In this document: positions 36,665-45,757 of the stretch, one piece after another
How the letters are laid out: the number at the start of each line of letters is the position of its first letter
Position numbering within the stretch: position 1 is the first letter of the stretch
Source: an uncultured bacterium
GTDB taxonomy: Bacteria; Patescibacteriota; Minisyncoccia; Moranbacterales; GWC2-37-73
Assembly (NCBI GenBank): GCA_903851135.1
Contig: CAINNK010000021.1
Span: forward strand, 441 to 64,440
Direction: 5' to 3'
DNA: 64,000 nucleotides
The notes under the pieces: model-generated
Databases searched by the model: none
What the model saw: only the letters and a program-made list of their open reading frames with translations
What the model was told of the DNA's origin: nothing
Program-made: the position numbers and the translations under genes

Positions 36665-37300
36665 TTAACGAGAATAGGCTTCAACCACCATCTGAGGATC
36701 AACTTGAATACCGACATCCTCTCTGGCTGGCAAAGAAATCACTTTCCCCTCAATTGCAGTCTGATCAAATTGAATCCAGCGTGGAAAATCTTTTTTATTC
36801 TTGATTGACTGAATTTGATTGGTGAAATAGACATTGCCTTTCTTTGATTGTTTGATGCTAATCACGTCACCAACTTTAACCTCATATGATGGAATCGTCA
36901 CCGCTTTGCCGTTAAGCAAAAATGCTCCGTGATTAACCATCTGACGAGCTTGGATTGGAGAAAGCGCAAATCCCATTTTACGAACTACGTTATCCAAACG
37001 AAGTTCCAATCTTGCCATCAATAAATCTCCTGTTACGCCCGGCTTATTTTCAATTTCCTCATAGTGCTTGCGGAATTGTCTTTCCAGAATTCCATAAATA
37101 CGCTTAATGCGTTGTTTCATGGCAAGCTGTTTGCCGAATTCACTCAATCCTCTAGACATTCTCTTGCCATGCACACCAGGAGCGTAAGGTCGTTTAATCA
37201 TTGCGCACTTTGCAGTGTTGCAGCGATCACCTTTGAGAAAAAGCTTTTCTCCTGAGCGGCGACATCTTTTACATTTTGATCCTAATAAATCTCTAGCCAT
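36665..37300 (-). CDS. rpsD: 30S ribosomal protein S4
   Basis: N-terminal zinc-finger CKRCRR...C...C and S4 domain. Confidence 0.9.
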   Translation of the reverse strand: MARDLLGSKCKRCRRSGEKLFLKGDRCNTAKCAMIKRPYAPGVHGKRMSRGLSEFGKQLAMKQRIKRIYGILERQFRKHYEEIENKPGVTGDLLMARLELRLDNVVRKMGFALSPIQARQMVNHGAFLLNGKAVTIPSYEVKVGDVISIKQSKKGNVYFTNQIQSIKNKKDFPRWIQFDQTAIEGKVISLPAREDVGIQVDPQMVVEAYSR

Positions 37301-37427
37301 AATATATAATTCAAAATTTAAATCTCAAAATGGAAAATTTTGGAGTCACTTTGTGACGTTTTGGAAAGTCATGAGCAAAGCGAATTCCTAAATTTTAAAT
37401 TTTGATTTTTGATTTTTTAATTCTCTG
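37301..37427. repeat. Family-D direct repeat, copy 1, filling the whole rpsK-rpsD spacer
   Basis: About 95% identical to 37923-38032 over roughly 110 nt; contains the palindrome gtcactttgtgac. Confidence 0.8.
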
Positions 37428-37922
37428 TTAGATTCTTCTTGGTTTCTTTGGTCTGCAACCGTTGTGAGGAATCGGAGTCATATCCTTGATTGAAACAAGT
37501 TCAAAGCCCTTGTTTGCCAGAGACCTGATCGATGATTCACGTCCGCTGCCAACACCTTTGACAAAAACTTCCAATTCTTGAACGCCATATTTTTTCACTT
37601 TTTCTGAAACATCATGCACAACCTGAGTTGCAGCATAAGGAGTTGCCTTTTTGGCACCCTTAAAACCAAGCAATCCAGAACTTGCCCAAGCCAACATAGC
37701 ACCATTTGAATCAGAAATCATCACCATGGTGTTATTGTAGGTGCATTTAATGTGAGCCTGTCCTTTCAGAATCTGCCTTTTGAGCTTTTTCTTTTTTTTC
37801 TTCGAGTCAGCTTCAGCGACTTCAACCACCTTTTTTTCTTCAGTGCCTTCTTTTTCAGCAGCAACTGCTTCAAAAATATCTTCAGTTTTTTTAATATCCT
37901 CAACCATATTTATATAATTCAA
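37428..37922 (-). CDS. rpsK: 30S ribosomal protein S11 with an acidic/basic N-terminal extension of about 40 aa
   Basis: The C-terminal 120 aa are canonical S11. Confidence 0.9.
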   Translation of the reverse strand: MNYINMVEDIKKTEDIFEAVAAEKEGTEEKKVVEVAEADSKKKKKKLKRQILKGQAHIKCTYNNTMVMISDSNGAMLAWASSGLLGFKGAKKATPYAATQVVHDVSEKVKKYGVQELEVFVKGVGSGRESSIRSLANKGFELVSIKDMTPIPHNGCRPKKPRRI

Positions 37923-38032
37923 AATTTAAATCTCAAAATGGAAAATTCTGGAGTCACTTTGTGACGTTTTGGAAAGTCATGAGCAAAGCGAATTCCTAAA
38001 TTTTTATTTTTGATTTTTGACTTTTTAATTTA
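37923..38032. repeat. Family-D direct repeat, copy 2, filling the whole rpsM-rpsK spacer
   Basis: See 37301-37427. Confidence 0.8.
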
Positions 38033-38419
38033 TTATGTCTTAGATTCTGTTCGGCGACCACTAGCCATAGTCCTTCGAACATTTCCTCTCACTGTGCGAC
38101 TATTGGTTTTGGTTCGCTGTCCATGCACTGGAAGTCCTTTTTGATGACGAGAGCCACGATAGCTTCCAATTTCCTTCAAGCGTTTCACATTCATTTTCAC
38201 TTCATGTTTGAGTTCTCCTTCAACCTTGTATTTCTTTTCAATTTCGTCTCGCAATTTATTTGCTTGTTCTGGTGACAAAACCTTAGTCTTGGTCTTAGGA
38301 TCAATTTCAAGCTTTTTCAAAAGTTTTTTGCTCGTAGAAGGACCGATGCCAAAAACATAAGTCAAGGCAACTTCAATTATTTTTTCATCTGGCAAATTTA
38401 TTCCGGAAATACGTATCAT
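38033..38419 (-). CDS. rpsM: 30S ribosomal protein S13
   Basis: Strong match. Confidence 0.9.
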   Translation of the reverse strand: MIRISGINLPDEKIIEVALTYVFGIGPSTSKKLLKKLEIDPKTKTKVLSPEQANKLRDEIEKKYKVEGELKHEVKMNVKRLKEIGSYRGSRHQKGLPVHGQRTKTNSRTVRGNVRRTMASGRRTESKT

Positions 38420-38515
38420 AAAATCAGGTTATAGCTTTTAGCTTTTTAGCTTTTTAGAAGATAAAATCTCTTTCTAAAACAAACTAACAAGCTAATGCCT
38501 AATAAGCTTGTTAAA
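38420..38515. repeat. Family-C leader repeat, copy 1, abutting the rpsM start codon, with tandem aaaagct x3
   Basis: About 90% identical to 41097-41192. Confidence 0.8.
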
Positions 38516-38629
38516 TTATCCTTGTCTTTGTTTATGTTTTGGCGTTGAACAAATCACATAAACGCGTCCTCGGCGTCTGACAACTTTACACTTGGCACAT
38601 ATTTTTTTTACGGATGCTCGTACTTTCAT
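38516..38629 (-). CDS. rpmJ: 50S ribosomal protein L36 (37 aa); missed by the ORF track because it is under 60 aa
   Basis: Translation [37 protein letters not shown] is a canonical L36 with a C-x2-C-x12-C-x4-H zinc ribbon. Confidence 0.85.
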   Translation of the reverse strand: MKVRASVKKICAKCKVVRRRGRVYVICSTPKHKQRQG

Positions 38630-38751
38630 GTTTTTCTCTACGAACTACGAATCTGTACGAATGTACGAATCCGTATTCATTTGTATTTAACAATTTATTT
38701 TAGTCTCTTTTTTCGTACATTCGTATTCTTTCGTACATTCGTAGAGACTAC

Positions 38752-38976
38752 CTACATACGTTGCACAACCCTACCCTTAGTCAAATCGTAAGGGCTCATT
38801 TCCATCAGCACTCTGTCTCCCGGTAACAATCGAATGTAATGCACTCGCATTCTGCCAGAAATGTGAGCTAAAACTTCATGACCATTGTCTAATTTGACTT
38901 TGAAAGTCGTGCTAGGCAAGGTTTCCACTATTACTCCTTCGATTTTGATGAGCTCCTTTTCGTTGTTTGCTGACAT
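38752..38976 (-). CDS. infA: Translation initiation factor IF-1
   Basis: Strong match ([32 protein letters not shown]). Confidence 0.9.
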   Translation of the reverse strand: MSANNEKELIKIEGVIVETLPSTTFKVKLDNGHEVLAHISGRMRVHYIRLLPGDRVLMEMSPYDLTKGRVVQRM

Positions 38977-39106
38977 ATTTTGAGTGATTTTCCAACCTAA
39001 AAATAGAGGGGAAATACTTTTCCAATACTATCCTCATTCGTGAAAATAAAGTAGTGAAAACCTCTAATTTAAACTGTCTATTAAGCTGTTCTAAAAACGT
39101 ATAACT

Positions 39107-39135
39107 ATCTTAACAAGTTATCGAATTGTTGTCAA
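39107..39135 (-). promoter_or_regulatory. Putative sigma70 promoter of infA (TTGACA-17-TAAGAT) on the minus strand
   Basis: tgtcaa at 39130-39135 and atctta at 39107-39112 read as revcomp; 17-nt spacer. Confidence 0.45.
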
Positions 39136-39212
39136 CCCCGCGGAAATATCTCAACTAAAACCCAGGAATTATCACCACCAAAAGCTCCGTTTTCCAGCTA
39201 AAAAGGCTCGAG

Positions 39213-41096
39213 TTACTGCCCTTTTTCAACCTCAATCTTCACCCTTTGTGAAAATTGCGGGGTGCGGGTGATGAAAGTTGGCCAAAAATTGACACTGGCG
39301 CTTTCAATTTGGTCCTGGTTTTTTTTCAGAATTGCCAACAATTCACTTTCATTTTTTCCAAGTAAATCTTTTTTGAAAGATTCGACGTCAATTTTTGGCG
39401 TAACCTCAACTTCGGCATGAACTTTCAAGAGCATCGTGCCCTTGTCAAAAGCGGGTTCAATACTAACATATTGAATATTTTTGATATTCTTTGCAGCATC
39501 CTGGGGTTGGCTGGAAAACTGCGGAGTTTTTTTAATAATAGCCTCCACATCTTGTTGAGAAAAAACCAAAACGTGAACACTAGCTGTGGCAGTATAGTCA
39601 AATGATCCAACGCCGTCGCCAACTTTCACATTGGCTGAGGATTTTTCCGGGGTTATTTTTTCAGCCTGCGGCAAATCAATTTCACCTGTTTGCATCTTTC
39701 CTGCAATTGCAGCGGAAATTTTTTCTTTCAATGCCGTTTCAGTTTTTTGCTTAGCACTATCCAAATCACTTTGACTGACTCCAGCTGAACCACTGCCTTC
39801 GGTTGTACCACCAGCCATAGCAGCCGTGGATTTGGCATAAAACTTGTCATATTTTGGTCCACCTTGAAAACCTGGGATCTTGAAACTGCTCGCCTCAAGA
39901 TTATAGTCGCCGCCTGGTTGATCAGCCACAACCTCAGCTGAAATTGCACCCGGCTTTGCCCCTCCACCAGCATTGTTCAAACCTGGAACAACAATAGTTT
40001 TAAGCAAACGAAAAACTTTCCCACTATCAGATTGAATTCTAGTGGTTGCCACCAGTGTCTGCGGCTGACTGTCAAATTCATTATAAATCACGACAGTCCC
40101 TTGAGCTTTTTTGCCAGAAGATGAACTTTTGCCAGTAGCATTGTATTGTAAAGTCAATTGCTCTTGACCATCAATAACATTTACCGGGATAAAATTCTCC
40201 CCTTGCTGCGAACCAACATTAATGTCAGTGTCTATCTTAACCGTTTGCACATTCGGTTTAATGACAATATCCGCACTAGGAATATATACATAGCCAGCCA
40301 CTCCACCAAGCAAAAACAAACAAACAATAATGAAAATGAAAAGCAAATTCTTTGTCTTCAAATTTGGAATCTGACGATTTTCGGGACTAGCTGGAACAAT
40401 TTTTTCGTGCTGCGTAAACATTTTCTCCAAGGATCTTTCCTTGTCTGAATCAAGCCCACGAGGATTTGCTTTCTTAGCATTGTTACTTGCATATTGTGAG
40501 GCTGGAATTTCTTTGCGACTACTAGCAACTCTTGACCTAGATTGCAAAGGAGCATTTTCAACTACGCGTCGCTGACCAACCTGCTGACGATTTGCGGCAG
40601 GCGCGTTTGTGCGAGCATTGGTTGTTTTTGATGGGATAGTTTTCGTCTTGATACTTTTTGCGGCGGCGGCAACATGCCGATTAACGTCTACGGATGATTG
40701 CTGATTATCATAAAAATTATTAGAACCAACATTATTCAATCTTGCTGATTTACTATTATTTGTTCTATTTGCAAACTGAACTTCTTCAACCTCTGATTCT
40801 TCCAAATCAGCCTTTAACTCCACGTCCAGAACTTCATCCGATCCATCTATTGACCTTTGAATGTCGACTCCACTTCTGGCTGCCATAGCAATCACAACCT
40901 CCTCTTGCGTCACCAAAATAACATGTTTTTTTATCTTGTCCGCTTCTCGCTTCAGCAATTTCAAATTCACAATACTCTGCAAAAAAATCGCTCTTTTTGG
41001 CGCTACAAAATAATTATCAACGGCCATTGATTTTCTCAACCTATCTATGACGGATGAAATTTCCTCATCGGCATCGATATAAAATGTTTGGTGCAT
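39213..41096 (-). CDS. Hypothetical 627-aa bitopic membrane protein: 85-aa cytoplasmic N-domain, long S/N/Q-rich linker, one TM helix, 340-aa extracytoplasmic C-domain; immediately downstream of ftsA
   Basis: ORF; TM segment LLFIFIIVCLFLLGGVAGYVYI; no recognisable catalytic motif. Confidence 0.45.
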   Translation of the reverse strand: MHQTFYIDADEEISSVIDRLRKSMAVDNYFVAPKRAIFLQSIVNLKLLKREADKIKKHVILVTQEEVVIAMAARSGVDIQRSIDGSDEVLDVELKADLEESEVEEVQFANRTNNSKSARLNNVGSNNFYDNQQSSVDVNRHVAAAAKSIKTKTIPSKTTNARTNAPAANRQQVGQRRVVENAPLQSRSRVASSRKEIPASQYASNNAKKANPRGLDSDKERSLEKMFTQHEKIVPASPENRQIPNLKTKNLLFIFIIVCLFLLGGVAGYVYIPSADIVIKPNVQTVKIDTDINVGSQQGENFIPVNVIDGQEQLTLQYNATGKSSSSGKKAQGTVVIYNEFDSQPQTLVATTRIQSDSGKVFRLLKTIVVPGLNNAGGGAKPGAISAEVVADQPGGDYNLEASSFKIPGFQGGPKYDKFYAKSTAAMAGGTTEGSGSAGVSQSDLDSAKQKTETALKEKISAAIAGKMQTGEIDLPQAEKITPEKSSANVKVGDGVGSFDYTATASVHVLVFSQQDVEAIIKKTPQFSSQPQDAAKNIKNIQYVSIEPAFDKGTMLLKVHAEVEVTPKIDVESFKKDLLGKNESELLAILKKNQDQIESASVNFWPTFITRTPQFSQRVKIEVEKGQ

Positions 41097-41192
41097 AAAA
41101 TCAGGTTTTAGCTTTTAGCTTTTTAGCTTTTAGAAAAATTCTTTTTAAATCTTCTAAGAAGCTACCAAGCTAATGCCTAATAAGCTATTATT
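41097..41192. repeat. Family-C leader repeat, copy 2, abutting the start codon of the 627-aa gene
   Basis: See 38420-38515. Confidence 0.8.
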
Positions 41193-42450
41193 ATTCTTGA
41201 ATTGTTTGCAAAACTCTACGCAAAATTCCGGCCATAATTTTTTCTTCGTCCGTGACATCCAAAATCAAATTAGCCAAACCCATCGGCGTGACATCCTGTG
41301 GATTTTGCAAGGTTCCTGTCTCGTCAATAACTCGCGCAACATCGCGCGGTTGCAAATAACTAACCACTGGCGGTTTTGCAAAGGGCAAACCGCGTAACCA
41401 TTCCTTCGAAACCAACGCTTTTCTAATGCCTGGCAAACCTGAGCCACCACCGCAAAGCAAAATTTTAGAAGGCAAAACATCCGAATTAGCAAATTCTGAA
41501 AGAGATAACTCCACCCCACTGAGCCAAACTGAGCAATCACTTTGCATAATCTGCTCTATCTTAGCACTCACATCATTTCCCAGCTTTCCTTCAGCATAAC
41601 TTATTTTCAAATCTTCAGCTTCTTCGAAATTGATTCGCAATTCTTGTGCCAGTTTTTTCGTAAAAGCTCTTCCACCAAAGGCAAACATTTTCGTGCCTTC
41701 CAGTCCGCCATTACGCACAACAGCAATATCCGTAGTCCCACCTCCAATGTCAATAAAAATAGCATTGAAATCCAAAGCATCATCGTAGTCGACGCTGCGC
41801 GCAACTGCGTATGGCTCCGCAGCGATACTAAGCAAGTCTATACGCAATTCATCAGCAATTGTTTGCAATGCTCCCAAATGAATCATTGGCGCATAGGCGT
41901 TGAAAATACTAACGGAAACATCCTTGCCTTGAAAACCGATTGGATTAGTCACTTGATAGCCATCGATACGCACATCCACAATAGCTGCATTAATTAGTTT
42001 TACATCAATGTCCTGCCCAGTCTCCCATTCGATCTGTTGTTGGATACGCTCATAGGCTTTGATTTGAACTTTTTGAATGATATTTTTCAGTTCTGCAAAA
42101 TCAATTCGAGAGTCTGGATTTGAACGTTCATAATGAACAGTGGTAGTTGTACCCTTAACCAACTCACCTGCAATTCCAACTATTGCTTTTTTCACATTCT
42201 TAATGTTAGCACTAGCAAGTGCATCATCAATAGACAGTTGACAAGTTTCAATGACTCCGGAAATATCTGAAACAGCGCCACTTTGCATGTTTCCTCTCCT
42301 TTGTCGCTGCTTTCCAACGCCAACAACATTAGCAGTTTTTTCCTGTTTATTTATTTGAAAAATAAGCGCTTTGGTAACTTCCGTGCCAATATCAAGCGCC
42401 AAAAAATATTCACTACTATTTTTTGAAAATAAATTAGAAAATATAGACAT
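41191..42450 (-). CDS. ftsA: Cell division protein FtsA (actin-like ATPase)
   Basis: LALDIGTEVTKALIF, FIDIGGGTTDIAVV and GGGSGLPGI phosphate-binding motifs. Confidence 0.8.
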   Translation of the reverse strand: MSIFSNLFSKNSSEYFLALDIGTEVTKALIFQINKQEKTANVVGVGKQRQRRGNMQSGAVSDISGVIETCQLSIDDALASANIKNVKKAIVGIAGELVKGTTTTVHYERSNPDSRIDFAELKNIIQKVQIKAYERIQQQIEWETGQDIDVKLINAAIVDVRIDGYQVTNPIGFQGKDVSVSIFNAYAPMIHLGALQTIADELRIDLLSIAAEPYAVARSVDYDDALDFNAIFIDIGGGTTDIAVVRNGGLEGTKMFAFGGRAFTKKLAQELRINFEEAEDLKISYAEGKLGNDVSAKIEQIMQSDCSVWLSGVELSLSEFANSDVLPSKILLCGGGSGLPGIRKALVSKEWLRGLPFAKPPVVSYLQPRDVARVIDETGTLQNPQDVTPMGLANLILDVTDEEKIMAGILRRVLQTIQE

Positions 42451-42458
42451 AAAAACAA

Positions 42459-42578
42459 AATCTCAATTTCAAAATCCCAATTTCCAATAAAGACCTGGAA
42501 TCCAAATGAAATAATTTTTGTCATTTGAATTTAGGATTTTATTTGATATTTGACATTAGAATTTTAGATTTTAAAAAT
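42459..42578. repeat. Family-A repeat, copy 3 (short form)
   Basis: aaatcccaatttccaataaag...catttgaatttaggatttt...gacattagaattttagatttt. Confidence 0.65.
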
Positions 42579-42600
42579 CATTATAGAAAAATTAACCGAT

Positions 42601-43614
42601 TTATTTCACAGTGATATCTTTAATATTAGATTCAATCTGCTCTTCGTTTAATAGTCCGGCTTGTCCGCCATATTGCATTATCGAGCTGCTTGAATTAGCA
42701 ATTCCCCATTTTAAGCACGTTTGCAAATCTTGCTCTTTAAGATAGGCTGCAAAAAAACCACTCGCAAAAGCATCACCTGCTCCAGTCGTGTCTACTGTTT
42801 TGCCAAGCAAAGCCTCTGCGAAAAAAGTTTCACCCTCAACACTTGCCCAGGCGCCACGTTTACCATCCGTCAGGGCGACAACTTTCGCTCCCATTTTTTT
42901 CAGCTCTTTGATTAAATAAGCCTCTTCCTCACTTTGCAAATTGCCATTCAAAGCCGAAACGATTTCCATCGCCTCGTCCTTATTTACAAAAAGTAAATCA
43001 CATTTAGCCACAACTTCAATAATCTTAGCAACGTCCTCATGAATAGTTTTTTGGCGGGGATTGAATGCCAAGAAAATATTTTTTTTCTTGGCAGCTGCAA
43101 CAATTATGTCTAGATTATGTTGCCAAGCACCGCTCAAATCGCCAATAAAAATCCATTCAAAATCAACAAGCTTTTGAACATCAATCACGAGCTTTTGATT
43201 TGCAACTTGATTGGAAAAAATAACCCGATCTTCGACATTCTGGTCAACCACTATCGCCGACAAATCACTCTTGCAATCCTTTTCCACTCCAACATAGTCC
43301 AATTTAATTCCGACTTTTTCCAATTGAGCATGAATCCAATTGCCCGTCACGTCATTTCCAATTGTTGTGTAGGCAGAAACTTCATTTCCCAATTTGACCA
43401 AGCCAGCAGCCACGTTGACACTGCAACCTCCAACTGATTCGAAGCGCTCATTGATGTGATATTTCGCCCCGAGCTCAAAGGCCAGTTTTCTTTGCGACAA
43501 AAGATCTTCCGGCGTGTCCAGAACAACTCCTTCGCAAGTCGGAAAAAATATATCTTGTGAAACTGAACCAATTGTAAGAATTTTAGTCATCTGAGCGTGG
43601 AGCGCATAACGCAA
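42601..43614 (-). CDS. PfkB-family carbohydrate kinase (ribokinase/fructokinase-like)
   Basis: C-terminal GAGDAFASGFFAAY anion-hole motif; N-terminal GG dipeptide region. Confidence 0.8.
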   Translation of the reverse strand: MRYALHAQMTKILTIGSVSQDIFFPTCEGVVLDTPEDLLSQRKLAFELGAKYHINERFESVGGCSVNVAAGLVKLGNEVSAYTTIGNDVTGNWIHAQLEKVGIKLDYVGVEKDCKSDLSAIVVDQNVEDRVIFSNQVANQKLVIDVQKLVDFEWIFIGDLSGAWQHNLDIIVAAAKKKNIFLAFNPRQKTIHEDVAKIIEVVAKCDLLFVNKDEAMEIVSALNGNLQSEEEAYLIKELKKMGAKVVALTDGKRGAWASVEGETFFAEALLGKTVDTTGAGDAFASGFFAAYLKEQDLQTCLKWGIANSSSSIMQYGGQAGLLNEEQIESNIKDITVK

Positions 43615-43670
43615 TTCCTGGAACGTGGCTACATTCCGTATTTCACGTTTTGCGATATACGTTTTACGTT
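43615..43670. repeat. Family-B repeat, copy 3 (gagcgtggagcgcataacgc...ggaacgtgg...cacgtttt...acgttttacgtttt)
   Basis: Shares gtggagcgc and acgtt/aacgtg motifs with the other two copies. Confidence 0.55.
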
Positions 43671-44969
43671 TTAAGCTTTAAGTTCCTGTTCTATCTTCAT
43701 AAGTCTGTTGTATTTACACAAACGCTCGCCACGAGAAAGTGATCCGGATTTGATAAATTCAGCCGCTGTGCCAACTGCAAGATCAGCAATAAATTCATCC
43801 GTTGTTTCGCCACTGCGATGTGAAACCATTACTTTCATCTTGTTTTTCTTAGCTAATCTGATGCAATCAAAAGTTTCCGAAAGTGATCCGATTTGGTTTA
43901 CTTTAATAAGCACGGCATTACAAGCCTTTTCAGCAATAGCGCGTTGTAATCTTTTCACATTTGTGACCAGTAAATCATCTCCCACTAAGATATGTTCACT
44001 TAGTACCGCTTTTGGAACATCACTTGAAATCGGCTTGCTCACAATTTTCTCCATCATAATTTTCCAACCATCCCAATCTTCCTCTGCTAAGCCATCTTCG
44101 ATGGAAACCAAATGATATTTCTCAATCCATTCCCGATAAATATTTACCAGTCTTTCTTTTTCAAGACTGACGCCTTCCGGCTTAAAAATATAAAGATTTT
44201 CACTTTCATCATAAAAAGAACTGGCCGCCGCATCAATGCCCAAATTCACTTGCTTGCCAAGTTCATAGCCAGCCTGAGTAATGGCCTGATTGATTATCTC
44301 AAGGGCCTGAGTGTTACTTTCAAGCTTTGGAGCAAAGCCACCTTCATCACCGACACCCGTACTTTGATTGTCGGCTTCCAAAATCTTTTTTAGCTTGTGA
44401 AAAATCTCACTACCCGCCCGCAATTGCTCGGAAAATTTCTTCACCCCCGTTGGAATTATTTTGAATTCTTGAATGCTCAAACCGTTGTCGCTATGCTGAC
44501 CGCCATTAAGCACATTAAACATTGGGATCGGCAACTTTGGTTTAACTTTGATATCACAAATGTCATTGATATATTGATAAAGAGGCAGACCTTTTTCATT
44601 GGCCGCTGCTCGACACACCGCAAGCGAAACACCCAAAATCGCATTAGCCCCTAAATTGCTTTTATTTTCAGTGCCATCAAGTTCCAACATTATTTCATCA
44701 ATTTCAGACTGGTTACTTGCTTCTTTTCCCAAAAGACTTTTTTTAATTGCAGTGTTAACATTTTTCACTGCATTCAAAACTCCTAAGCCGCCATATCTCT
44801 TTGCATCACCATCTCGAAGCTCCAAGGCTTCGAATTTCCCAGTTGAAGCTCCTGACGGAACTGCTGCCACCGCCCTAGTGCCACTCTCCAAAATAATTTC
44901 AACTTCCACGGTTGGATTCCCTCTTGAATCTAAAATTTCTCTTCCAATAATATCTTTAATTTTTGACAT
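43671..44969 (-). CDS. eno: Enolase
   Basis: IIGREILDSRGNPTVEVE, SHRSGETED-like motif (SHRSGETTDEF). Confidence 0.95.
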   Translation of the reverse strand: MSKIKDIIGREILDSRGNPTVEVEIILESGTRAVAAVPSGASTGKFEALELRDGDAKRYGGLGVLNAVKNVNTAIKKSLLGKEASNQSEIDEIMLELDGTENKSNLGANAILGVSLAVCRAAANEKGLPLYQYINDICDIKVKPKLPIPMFNVLNGGQHSDNGLSIQEFKIIPTGVKKFSEQLRAGSEIFHKLKKILEADNQSTGVGDEGGFAPKLESNTQALEIINQAITQAGYELGKQVNLGIDAAASSFYDESENLYIFKPEGVSLEKERLVNIYREWIEKYHLVSIEDGLAEEDWDGWKIMMEKIVSKPISSDVPKAVLSEHILVGDDLLVTNVKRLQRAIAEKACNAVLIKVNQIGSLSETFDCIRLAKKNKMKVMVSHRSGETTDEFIADLAVGTAAEFIKSGSLSRGERLCKYNRLMKIEQELKA

Positions 44970-45010
44970 ATTTTTTATCCTTAAATTTAATTATTTAGAC
45001 TTTCAGCAAT

Positions 45011-45625
45011 TTAAGCATGCAGATGCACCCACAAAAAAGCTGTTTGCAACGGATTAAAGAGCACTAACAACAACAGCAACACCAAATAATAAGCTGTTAA
45101 ATATTTCAAACTGACAAAATATTCTTGTTGCATCAAAAATGCTTCATTACTGCTTTTCAATAAAAAGTCCCAAGATAAACGCAAGAATTTATAATGAATC
45201 ACGGCTATCAAAATTATTGACGCAGCTAAAATAAACCAGGACCAATAAAGTTGGCTACCATAAAGAAAAAAAGTTCCGAAGAAAAATGATGGCAAGATTA
45301 AAAATGTTTCCTTATCCCAACAACTGTTTTCTTTTTTGAAATTCTTAAAACTGGAAAAATACAAATGCGGAATAATAATAAAATTAAGCAGCAAGCCAAT
45401 CAAAAAAACTGTAACCGTAACCCAACTAAAAACACCAAAATATGTTCCCGGGGCAATATATCCTAAATTATTCAAGACCACCAAAACAAATCCCAAAAAA
45501 AGTAGCGCCTCAGATGAACGCAAACCCAGCAATGTTAAACTATCCACCTTTCTCGCTTCATAGGAAGGAATTTCTTTTTCGTTAAAAATTCCTACTTTTT
45601 CACCTCTAAAATTAGGGGTTATCAT
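45011..45625 (-). CDS. Hypothetical polytopic membrane protein
   Basis: ORF; 5-6 TM helices. Confidence 0.35.
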   Translation of the reverse strand: MITPNFRGEKVGIFNEKEIPSYEARKVDSLTLLGLRSSEALLFLGFVLVVLNNLGYIAPGTYFGVFSWVTVTVFLIGLLLNFIIIPHLYFSSFKNFKKENSCWDKETFLILPSFFFGTFFLYGSQLYWSWFILAASIILIAVIHYKFLRLSWDFLLKSSNEAFLMQQEYFVSLKYLTAYYLVLLLLLVLFNPLQTAFLWVHLHA

Positions 45626-45757
45626 ATCAGCTACACTTAATTACGAATTAAATTGACATCCAAACAACCGCCAACAAAAAATATCTTTACTGCATTTTTC
45701 GATTGTTTTAACTTTTTATAGTATAGCACATTTATCTTCTTTCAATCCAATAATATT

